From: an uncultured Gemmatimonadales bacterium
Lineage (GTDB): Bacteria; Gemmatimonadota; Gemmatimonadetes; Gemmatimonadales; GWC2-71-9
NCBI GenBank assembly: GCA_963828735.1
Contig: CAWHFW010000003.1
Span: 205,105-269,104, forward strand
Reading direction: 5' to 3'
DNA: 64,000 nt
The translations under genes and the position numbers were made by a program. Position 1 is the first letter of the stretch; each line of letters begins with the position of its first letter. Shown piece after piece: positions 54,870-64,000 of this stretch. The notes under the pieces were generated by a model. The model ran no database searches. It worked only from the letters and a program-made list of their open reading frames with translations, and was not told the DNA's origin.

Positions 54870-54959
54870 TCCCGCCCGAACGCTGCACCGCCCGCCGAGG
54901 GCCGGGCTCGCCCGCGAGCCCGGCCCTCGGCGCATCCCACGCCCGCCTCTGAACCGTGA

Positions 54960-55370
54960 CTACGACTGAGGAAGCTGCGGCATCGTCGAGATCGACAGGA
55001 TGTTCCCCTCCGGATCCCTGAACCACGCGATCCGCATGTCGTTGGGGACGCTGGCGATCCCATCGACCGTCTTGATGCCGAGGTCCGGGAGGTCGTACTC
55101 GTCGAACGTGATGCCCTTGGCCCGCAGGTCGGTCACCGCGGCATCGATGTCCTGAACTATGAAGCTCCCCAGGGTGTGCTCCGCCTTCCCCGCGAAGGGC
55201 GTGGCATAGAGCGTGAACACGACATCGCCGGAGCGGTAGGCGATGCCCCCCTCGTCCTCCATCACGACCTCGCACCCCAGGACGTCTTCGTAGAACCTCC
55301 GGGTCTCCTGGAGATTCTTGGCCGGGATCGAAGCCACGAACGACCAATCGGCCGGCAGCTGCATTGCCAT
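54960..55370 (-). CDS. VOC/glyoxalase-family protein
   Basis: RRFYEDVLG...AWFRDPEGNIL. Confidence 0.9.
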   Translation of the reverse strand: MAMQLPADWSFVASIPAKNLQETRRFYEDVLGCEVVMEDEGGIAYRSGDVVFTLYATPFAGKAEHTLGSFIVQDIDAAVTDLRAKGITFDEYDLPDLGIKTVDGIASVPNDMRIAWFRDPEGNILSISTMPQLPQS

Positions 55371-55461
55371 GGCGCACCTCCTTCGGGTGTCTCAGACCAG
55401 GTCGGTCCGAAGAGCGTAGCCGAGGGTCGATCAGCGCGCTCACCGGGGGGAACCGGCGCCG

Positions 55462-56136
55462 CTATGTCCTTCGGCTGCCCAAATCTCGCGCCATCAGGGA
55501 CCCGCCGAAGATCGTCATCCAGAGAACGACCGGATAGGCGACCCACCGCTCGATGCCCCCCTCGCCCAGCTCGGCGATCGGCTTCCATTCGAGGAAGAAC
55601 ACCCCGAGTACCAGCGCGACCAGGGTGGTCCAACCGAGCACCAGCGACAGGTAGCGGAGCGGCGCCTGCTGCGCCCGCGCGGAGAGCACGGTCGCGAGCC
55701 CGCCAGCGGTGAAGGCCGTCAGCGCGAATACCTCATGCACGGGCATCCGGTTCCCCGGAAAGATCCCGACACCGAGGACCCCGATGCCCAGGACGGCCAT
55801 GGGGATCGTGACGGCCATCGAGCCCCACGCCCGGTACAGCAAGAGCGCGGCGGCGAGGATCAGGCCTCCGGTCGCCACCATGGCGATGTCGAAGATCGCC
55901 GCCGAGGGCTGCAGGACCACGCTGTCGGGGGGCTTCGTCCCACCCAGGTCGCTGATGGTGTTGGCGAACGTCGTGTACCGCGCCGGATACAGGGCCTCGG
56001 CGGTGATGATGGCCATGAGGATCGCCGCGCCGGACACCGCCAGGAGGAGTCCCGCGACGGCCGTTGCCTGGGTCTTGCGTCCCGTGTTCGTGGTGAACGA
56101 TCGATGCCCGTTCGTTTGCGGAAGGGTGGTCTGCAT
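55462..56136 (-). CDS. DUF998-family membrane protein
   Basis: NTISDLG, GVGIFP, H..FA, GGIERWVAYP. Confidence 0.85.
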   Translation of the reverse strand: MQTTLPQTNGHRSFTTNTGRKTQATAVAGLLLAVSGAAILMAIITAEALYPARYTTFANTISDLGGTKPPDSVVLQPSAAIFDIAMVATGGLILAAALLLYRAWGSMAVTIPMAVLGIGVLGVGIFPGNRMPVHEVFALTAFTAGGLATVLSARAQQAPLRYLSLVLGWTTLVALVLGVFFLEWKPIAELGEGGIERWVAYPVVLWMTIFGGSLMARDLGSRRT

Positions 56137-56421
56137 GTCGAATCCACCTCCTCACGGGCCATCCTCGCGGGCATGGGGAGGTCGCCTCAGGGTCGACGGA
56201 CCCCATCGGTGAGGGCCGAACGGGCAGAAAGTAACCCCCCCGCGAACGCTCAGCCGTGCCGGACGAGGAGCGCCTCTCCGAGATCCTCCTGAACGAACGC
56301 CCACCGCCGCCTGCGCCATCCCAGCCGAAGGGCCCGGCCGCAAGAGGCCACCTTTCCCTGCCGAGCGGGGACGGAGGGTGATCTGCTTCGGGCGACGCCA
56401 CCGACGGGGAAGGGGTTCGAC

Positions 56422-56853
56422 GTGATCGTCAAGGAGGTCATGAGAAGCGAGGTCCGAACGATGCCTCCCGAGGGTTCGTACTTCGACGCCGCCCGGCTGC
56501 TGACGGAGTTCGGCATCTCCTCGGTCGTCGTCTCCCGCGGAGAGCGCCCCCTGGGCATCGTCACGGAGCGGGACGTGGTGCACCTGGTCTCTGAGGGCCT
56601 CGACCCATCGTCCGTCGCCGTCGGAGACCGAATGGTCGCCGACCTGGCCACGGTGGAGCCCGGCACCGAGCTGGCCGAGGCCGCGCGGCTCATGGCCCGG
56701 TGCGGCGTTCGACACGTCCCGGTGGTGGAGGGCGAGATGCTGGCGGGGATGGTGTCGATCCGCGACCTGCTCGGATGGATCGATTCCCAGATGACGTCCA
56801 CGCCGGAACTGTGGCCGGACATCATGGAGGCCGTGGTCACCTGGCCCCACTGA
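56422..56853 (+). CDS. CBS-domain pair protein
   Basis: GIVTERDV and RHVPVVEG...GMVSIRDL. Confidence 0.9.
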   Translation: MIVKEVMRSEVRTMPPEGSYFDAARLLTEFGISSVVVSRGERPLGIVTERDVVHLVSEGLDPSSVAVGDRMVADLATVEPGTELAEAARLMARCGVRHVPVVEGEMLAGMVSIRDLLGWIDSQMTSTPELWPDIMEAVVTWPH

Positions 56854-56868
56854 GGAGGGCCGGAGGGA

Positions 56869-57647
56869 TCAGCCGCCGCGACGCTCCATCGGCTGCCCAC
56901 GGACGAAGCCGTGCCCGGGTCCGTACACGGTTCCACACGCGACGGGGCCGCCGCCCGCACGCACGACCCCGACTCGTCCGCCGGTGGCACGATGACCGTG
57001 GAACCCGGGCCGAGCTCCCGACCGTCCAGCGCTCCGACCGCCTCACGGACGCTGGCCAGGCCGCCCTCGCCGGCCGCCGGGTCGATCGTCAGCTCCGCGC
57101 CGTCGTCGAGCCGCGAGTCCGTGAACAGCGGATGTCCCCGTTAACCTGGAGCGGCGACCGGGAGCCGACCAGCTCCTTCGTATGTACGCCCGAACCCTCG
57201 TCGTACCGCGGCGCGTCGGCATCCTTCAGGGCGTGGAACGACGGTTTGCGCCGGCACGGGCTCGGTGCTGTACACAAGGATGTACGCGTGGGTGTCACGG
57301 TCGCCGTGGTTCCACTCCGAATGGACCATGCCCCGCATGCCTTCGGTGAACTGGGCCACGTCGCCCTCGTCCACGTGCCCGGTGATCCGGTTCAGCGCGT
57401 CGTCGTGGTCCAGCTCGCCCTGCTCGATGTAGAAGAGCCGCTCGTTGTACCGGTGCGGGTGGTGCCCGATGCCGAGGCCCGCGTCGATCACCGAGTCGTG
57501 GACGGTGATCAGCGGCCCCGACGCCTGGATGCCGACGAACGGCCCGATGGACTCCGCCGCGGTCAGCCCCGGCATCCCGAAGTCCGACTCACCGAGGACC
57601 ACGTGATCCGCGGGCTCCAGCACCAGATACGCAGGCTCCTCGGTCAC
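56869..57647 (-). CDS. Pirin-like protein, several frameshifts
   Basis: GHHPHRYNE...GELDHDD...GMVHSEWN; tail ...GPGHGFVRGQPMERRGG*. Confidence 0.75.
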
Positions 57648-58477
57648 GACCCCTCCGAGAACCACCGCTGGCCGCCGCCGGCCGTCACGACTCGTCCGAA
57701 CGGCACGCCGAAGTGCCCGACGGCCACCGACCACCCACCGTCCCGGGCGCGTCTCAGCATGGCCTCCCGGTGCACCGCGGCCGACGCCGGGTCGCGGTCG
57801 TGCCCCGAGGGCCAGTCAGGCTGGGCGATCTGGTACGGCTGGTGCAGCAGGTCGCCGGTGAGGAGCATGGACGACCCGCCGTCCTCCGCGATCACGCTTC
57901 GATGGCCCGGCGTGTGCCCCGGCGTGTGGACGACCCGCACGCCGGGCACGACCTCCCGGTCGTCGGGGTCGAGGTCGAGCATCCCCGCCTCCTCCAGGAC
58001 CTCCATCGCCGTCCGGCCCTGGAAGTCGTCCGGGTCGGTCGAGCCGGCGAACGCCGCCCAGTCCGCCGGGTGCACGTGGTGGATCGCGTTCGGGAACCGC
58101 GGCCCGCCGCTCGACAGGGTCGCACCGCCCGCGTGGTCGGCGTGCAGATGGGTGTGGAGCACGTGGCCGATCTCGTCCGGCCGCGCACCGGCCGCTTGCA
58201 GCTCGTCGTCGATCCGCCCGGTCACGTCGTACGGCGGCCGACCGAGGTGCCCGATCCCTGTGTCCACCAGGACCGGGCCGATGCCCGTTCGCACCAGGAA
58301 GGCGTGCACGTGCCAGGCCCAGTGCGCGTCGTCGGCGAACCCCCACGGGTAGGCGGCCCGCTGCCCCGCCCAGTCGACCTCGTTCCCCGGCGCCTCCTCC
58401 GCGAGCGGCAGCGGGGCGAAGCCGTCGCACAGCGGCACGACCTCGACCGAACCGACGGATGCCGACGCATGGGACAT
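57644..58477 (-). CDS. MBL-fold metallo-hydrolase
   Basis: LVDTG, THLHADHAGG, TPGHTPGH, GDLLH, GHF. Confidence 0.92.
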   Translation of the reverse strand: MSHASASVGSVEVVPLCDGFAPLPLAEEAPGNEVDWAGQRAAYPWGFADDAHWAWHVHAFLVRTGIGPVLVDTGIGHLGRPPYDVTGRIDDELQAAGARPDEIGHVLHTHLHADHAGGATLSSGGPRFPNAIHHVHPADWAAFAGSTDPDDFQGRTAMEVLEEAGMLDLDPDDREVVPGVRVVHTPGHTPGHRSVIAEDGGSSMLLTGDLLHQPYQIAQPDWPSGHDRDPASAAVHREAMLRRARDGGWSVAVGHFGVPFGRVVTAGGGQRWFSEGS

Positions 58478-58599
58478 GGCTCGAAGCGTACCCGGCCGAG
58501 CGCCCAGGAGACCCGCCCGGGATACGCCCTGGGGCTGGCCGAGGTCGAGGATAACCCCGCGGAACAACCGCATGCGCGACGTCGGCGGTTCGGCGCGGC

Positions 58600-59338
58600 T
58601 CAGCGCCAGACGATCGAGACGACCTCGACGGGCTCGGTGATCCCCTTCAGGGTGACCGTCCGCGGCTCGGAGGCCTGGTACCGGCTGCCGGCCGCGGTCT
58701 CCCGGCTGGCGAGGATCTCCCCGCCGCCGGCCAGGGCCGCGATGCGGGCCGCCTCGTGCACGCCCTTGCCCCTGGAAGTTCTGCGGCCGACCTGGGTCGC
58801 GCCACAGGCGTGCACGCCGATCCGGACCTGCGGCGCGAACCCGTGCTCTCTGGCGGTGCTCGGCCAGGCGCGCGCTGGATGGCGATGGCACAGGCCAGCG
58901 GCGGCCTCCGGGGTGTCGAAGCCGACGAAGAACCCGTCGCCGGTGGCCACGACCTCCTCGCCCTGATGGGCGACGAACAGCCCCCGGAGCGTCTCGTCGT
59001 GCCAGCGCAGCAGGTCTCCCAGGCCTCGTCGCCGAGGGCCTCGACCAGGTTCGTGGACCCGACGATGTCCGTGAACATGAACGTCTTCACCACCCGGCGG
59101 GCGCCCCTCCTCGCGCCCGAAGCTGCCAGGGCAGGAGCTCCTCGACCTCCTCGATCACGATCGCCAGGGTCGGGCAGCGAAGGCCGCCTCGCGGAGCTGC
59201 TCCTCCTCGACGCTGTCGACGTCGAGGACCTCGGCCTTGCCGAAGTCGCCCTTCGAGCCAGTCGAACGCGGTGGGGGCGATGGTGATGCAGTTGCCGGCG
59301 CCGATGCACCGGGGCCGGTCGACGCGGGCCCGGAGCAT
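58600..59338 (-). CDS. Ferredoxin fused to a class III nucleotidyl cyclase; frameshifted
   Basis: VDRPRCIGAGNC..IAP..F...CPTLAI, then TFMFTDIVGST, TGDGF, VRIGVH, AARI, LKGI. Confidence 0.75.
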
Positions 59339-59342
59339 CGCG

Positions 59343-62300
59343 CTACAGCACCAGCCGCTCGGGAACGCGAACGCCGTCGCCTCGGCCCGTGACGAGGCGC
59401 CGATCCGCGCGAACATCTGCTCCAGGCGCATGGCGACATCCGGCTCCGGAGCGCCGAGCTCCTCGGCGATCTCCTTGTTGGTCGAGCCCCTCGGTGAGGA
59501 GGTCGAGGAGCCCGGCGATCGTCCTCGTCGAGCGCGGAGGGCGCGCCGCGCCCCTGTCGCTGCGCCGACGCCTCGACCGGCCCGACCAGTCGGCCGACTC
59601 GCGACCGATCGGTCCGCGAACCATCGGACCCGGACGTCCTCGTCCAGCGTCCGCTGGGCCGACCTGGAGACCAGCACTCGAAGGAAGGTCCGGACTCACC
59701 TGTTCACCTCGTCGGTGCCGGCGGCCAGGGCCGCCCGGCGCCAGCGGGAGCAGGATCTCCAGGAGCAGGTCCTCGTGCGCGGCCGCCTGCAGGTACTCGC
59801 TGGGCGCCCAGGCCCCAGCCGCGGCGGCGGCTCGGATCCCGCGGGCCAGCGCCACCTCGGCCAGGGCGGCGTCGCGCCTGCGCGCCCCACGGCGGGTGCC
59901 CGGCAGGGAGCATCGAGGCGTGGCCTTCGCCTCGGTCGCCGCCCGCTCGGCCAGCTCCAGCAGGTCCTCGTCCCCGCGCTCCGCGCCCAGCCGCGCGGCC
60001 TCGAGCGCCAGGCGCGCCAGCACCTCGCAGCGGGCGGCGGGCCGCCCCTGCTCGGTGGCCAGCTCCACCGCCCGCTCGAGGTGGTCACGCATCCCGTCGC
60101 GCGTCGCCGTGGGCGGCCGCATGACGGCCCGCCACGTGCTCGAGGCTCCGTGCCCGCAGGGGCGTCGGCGAGGCGGCGGCGGCCGCGCCGCCCGGTCGAG
60201 CCACCGCGCCGCCTCGTCGATGTCGCCCACGTCGAGGTCCGCCAGGGCCACGCCCGCCGGCCGCCAGGAACTCGATCGACGCGGTCACCGATGGAGCGGG
60301 CCAGTCGGTAGGCCTCCTCGCCGCGCGACAGCGCGAGGTCGGGATCATCTTGGCCCGGGCGTACACGTGGATGCCGTACAGCATCTGCACCTCCGCCAGG
60401 TCGCGTTCGCTCTCCCGCGACATCGGGTCGAGCCGCGGTCGAGAGCCGGCGGATCTCCTCGATCCGCTGCGCGGGGTTGACGCCCCGATGTGGATGTCGG
60501 GCCCGTAGCTCAGGTACGCCATGGCGATGACCGTGGACATGACGCCCCGCCGGTCGCCCAGACCCTCGTAGAGCTCCAGCGCCCGCTCGAGGGCGCCTGC
60601 GCCGCGATGAGGTCGGGGCGATCGGAGGCGCGGCCACGATGTCGCTCCAGGCTCTCGCCGCTCGGCCGTCCGAGCCAGGTACATGCATGGCCTCGCCCAG
60701 GGCGATCCGTTCCACGAACCACGCGCGCACTCGACCGATCTCGATCACCCCGAGCTCGCGGGCCGTCGCGGCCCGGGCCGCCTGATCACCCAGCTCCTCC
60801 GCGAGCGCCGCGGCGCGGCCGAACGCCTCTCGGCGCGCGTCGAGATCCACCTCCGCGGGGAGGCTGAACGCCTCGCCCGAGGGGTGCTCCGCATCAGCGC
60901 CTGCCCCAGCTCCAGGCACGCGGCCAGCTCCCGCAGGCGCCGTCGCCCCGCTCGGCGGCGCGGTCGCCGGACCCGCCGGGCCAGCTCGGCGGCCCGGTCC
61001 TCGGTCCTCGGCCATGCGCAGCGCCGCTGCCGCTGCGGAGCATGCACCTCGAGGTCCAGGCCGGCGTCGCCGAGGGCATCGGCCAGCGCCGACAGCTCCG
61101 CCAGGCCCTCCAGCCGGTCGCCCGGACGGCGGAGCATGGCCAGGGCGTCGTCGCGCAGGGACAGCAAGCGTGACCCGGTCGCTCGGGCCCGGACGCCGCG
61201 GGGAGCGCCAGCTCCACCGCGCGCAGCACCTCCTCGGGGGCCTGCGGTCTCCGAGCGCCGACCGAGCCGGCTCGATGGAGTATCGCGCGGTGCGCTCGGC
61301 GTCGCCCGCGGCCGCGGCGTGGTGGGCGAGCAGCGGCAGGCTCTCGGGCGGCGGCTCGCCGCCCCGAGCAGCATCTCGACCACGGCACCGTGGATCCCGC
61401 GACGGGCGGAGCCGACAGCGCGGACGAGGGCGAAGATCGCACCTGCTCGTGGGGGAACCGGTAGTCGGCCGGGGCGTCCTCCGGGTACGGGGTCAGGAGG
61501 CCCGCCGCGACCGCCGGCTCGAGCACCTCGGCCAGGGGGCTGCGTCGGATCCTCCTCGCCCAGCCGCGGCCCGCACGGAGCGCAGGTCGCGAACGCTGAA
61601 GCTCCGGCCCAGGACGGCGGCCTCGGCCAGGAGCGCCTTCGAGGCGTCCTCGGGAGCCGCGCGGCCCGGCGCTGGATCAGCGTCTGGACCGCCGACGGGA
61701 CGAGGCGCCCGGCGTTGCGCGCCAGCGACCAGACGCCGTCGATCTGCTGGATCATCCCGGCGTCGCGGTACGCCTGGACCAGCTCTTCGACGATGAACGG
61801 GACGCCCTCCGCCTGGGCGTGCACGGCGGCGGCGCTCGCCGGCACCACCTCCGCCGCCCAGTAGCTGGCGGAGGAACTCGGTGGTCTCCACCTGGGTGAA
61901 GCGGGCGAGCTTCAGCCGGCGACCAGCCCCATTCGCTCCATGTCGGCGATGAGCGTGGTGGCCTCGGTGGCGAACGCCGTCTCCTCCGGCCGCAGCGAGA
62001 GCACCAGGAAGATCCGGCTACCCGGGTTGGCCCGCACCACGTAGCGCGAGCGCGCGGATGCTGTCGTCGTCCACCCACTGCAGGTCGTCCACGAAGAGCG
62101 CAACCGGGCGCGTTCCTCGGCCAGGTCCCGCATGGCCAGCGCCGTCAGGTCGAACTGCCGGAGCAGCTTCTGGTCGGCGGGGAGCGTGGCCACCCCCGGA
62201 TCGTCCCGCCCCGACATCGCGTCCAGCGCGCGTATCGCCGCGGCCCGGGCGTCCGCGCTCCATGCCTCCTCGTCGGAGGCGGCCGAGGCCAGGACCGACC

Positions 62301-62610
62301 GCATCACCAGGAACGGGCCGTGCAGCTCCTCGTCGGCGGCCACGGCGACCGGCGCGAACCCCCTCCCTTCTGCCAGCGCGACGGCCGAGAGCAGGAGGCG
62401 CGTCTTGCCGATGCCGGGTTCGCCCTCCAGGGTGACCGCGGTCATCCGGGCGAGTGGCGCGAGTCCAGCTCGGACTGGATGGCCGACATCTCTGGGGACG
62501 GCCGACCACCGATCCGGCCACTCGCCGCATCTGCAGCGCCAGCGGGCAGAGCGCCTGCTGGACAGGATCGAACGCGAGCGCCTCTGCGGTGGTCACGCGG
62601 GCGAAGCCTA
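59343..62610 (-). CDS. AAA ATPase-TPR-LuxR HTH regulator, heavily frameshifted; 5' end unclear
   Basis: GEPGIGKT (Walker A), LFVDDLQWVD (Walker B), AEGVPFIVEEL, C-terminal NKEIAEEL...IGASSRAEA. Confidence 0.75.
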
Positions 62611-62662
62611 CCAACGGTTCCTATGAATTGGCAGCCCCGGCTGACGAATCAACGATGAGGAG

Positions 62663-63311
62663 TTAGCCCTCGTCCTCCACCCACTCGTCGTCGTCGAGAC
62701 GCTTTCGTTTGACCAGGGTTCGTTTCTCCTCGACCGCGTCGTTCTCGAGGTCGCTCAGCAGTTGCGTGACGGCCTGTTCGACCGCCTCCGGGTCGTCTGA
62801 GTCGGCGTGGCGACGGAAACCAGCGACCACGTGGAACACGAACGCCGCCGGAATGGTTCGACCCTCGACGTCGACGCCCTCCACGTCCGACCTCGTACGA
62901 GCCGATGTAGCCGGGGAGATCAGCAAGGGAAAGCTGGAATGCGTCGACGTCCGTGCCGGCCTTGAGCCGGTAGCGCACGTACGTGTCGACGAAGGGCATC
63001 AGATGTGCTTCAGACCGTAGGTGCCGCGCTTCGTCCCGAACGCGACGTCGGAGTTGAAATACGTGGCGACCAATCGTGGGATATCGGCGCGGTCCTCCGT
63101 GTTGAAATCGAGGGCGAAGAATGCGTCGAATCCGTCGTCCGCTCCGGTCTTCACCCCGATCGCAGAGGGCCCCGAATCGGAAGTGGCCTTCGTCGCCACC
63201 GTTCATCATCGCCCTCACGCGCTTTGGCACGAACTTCGCGTCGCCACCGCTGTTGGTGAACACGAACACGCGAAGCGCCGGGTACCCGTCGTCCCCTTCC
63301 TGCTGCTGCAT
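62663..63311 (-). CDS. One or two hypothetical proteins, frameshifted
   Basis: Protein-like segments in shifting frames (FFALDFNTED...; MPFVDTYVRYRLK; FVFHVVAGF...WVEDEG*). Confidence 0.35.
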
Positions 63312-63877
63312 AGCGCAGAGTTAACGTCGGATCAGGACGCGGCGTCAAGGGCCTCGATTCACATCGGCGACAGCATTTCGGTAATGGCCCCTTCCGCATC
63401 TGGAGGGGCAGACGGCACGGGGCTCGCGTATGGGGTCGAAGGGGAAGGCTTCCGCAATGGTCAGACGGCAAGGATCCACCAGGACGGAGCGCCAGGCGTG
63501 CGAGCAGGAAGGCGCGCACAAGCGATGCTCAGGTCGTGGGGCCAGGGGAAGCTTAGGGAAGGCCTCCCGTCTGAGGGTGCGCTCCCGGGCCCCATCCACC
63601 TCCATCGTTAGGCGAAATGCCTCGCCATCCGCCGATTCATTCAGATACCCTTTGGGCCCGCCAAGAGTGAAGGGACACACCAAACTGAGACACCAATGGA
63701 CGACAGTCGCTCGATGATCCGCTTCGCTTGCGGCACAGACAACCCGATCGGATTCCTGCTCTGCGAGGGCTGCGGTGCGGCGCCCACTCGTCGATGTCCC
63801 CACTGCGAAACTGAGACGCCCCCGGACAGCGGCGTCGCGGAGGCCCGGACATTGACTGGCTCCGGAGCCAGGCCGAC

Positions 63878-64000
63878 ATGACCTGTCCGAGCTGTGGGAC
63901 CGAGAACGAACCGGGCCGCAAGTTCTGTATGGAGTGCGGAACGCCGCTGGCAAGGGCCTGCCCTCGTGCGGGACGCCGAACGCCGCCGCCGCCAAGTTCT
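63878..64000 (+). CDS. Double zinc-ribbon N-terminus (partial), typical of actinobacterial cyclase/AAA proteins
   Basis: MTCPSCGTENEPGRKFCMECGTPL...CPSCGTPNAAAAKF. Confidence 0.7.
   Translation, partial: MTCPSCGTENEPGRKFCMECGTPLARACPRAGRRTPPPPSS

Overview
GC-rich window that looks like a composite of at least three sources, with many frameshifts typical of a low-coverage long-read consensus. (1) 1-~45.4 kb resembles Gemmatimonadota: TPR-bearing Ser/Thr kinases, lipoproteins, TonB/TolB-like proteins, PrpE and an MFS transporter. It carries the two most interesting loci. The first is a three-gene RiPP cluster at 17.8-21.1 kb: an RRE-like/HFCD (LanD-type) flavoprotein, an NHLP-leader precursor ending in a 5-residue tail with a single C-terminal Cys, and an E1-YcaO cyclodehydratase, with no dehydrogenase. 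The second is a GEMM-I riboswitch with the A20 (3',3'-cGAMP-type) signature, upstream of a ZU5-like lipoprotein and a TPR-HD-GYP phosphodiesterase. 26.8-45.4 kb is one large fold-back inverted duplication centred near 34,864, probably an assembly artefact. (2) 45.4-47.9 kb is a Mycobacterium-like tandem array of three TIGR00027-type SAM methyltransferases. (3) 47.9-64 kb resembles another actinobacterium: UvrD2, TOPRIM, ArsR-SRPBCC, TetR-MMPL, VOC, DUF998, CBS, pirin, MBL, a ferredoxin-adenylate cyclase fusion and an AAA-TPR-LuxR protein. I recognised no rRNA, intact tRNA, CRISPR array or transposase. All family and taxon calls come from motif recognition by eye, not database searches.
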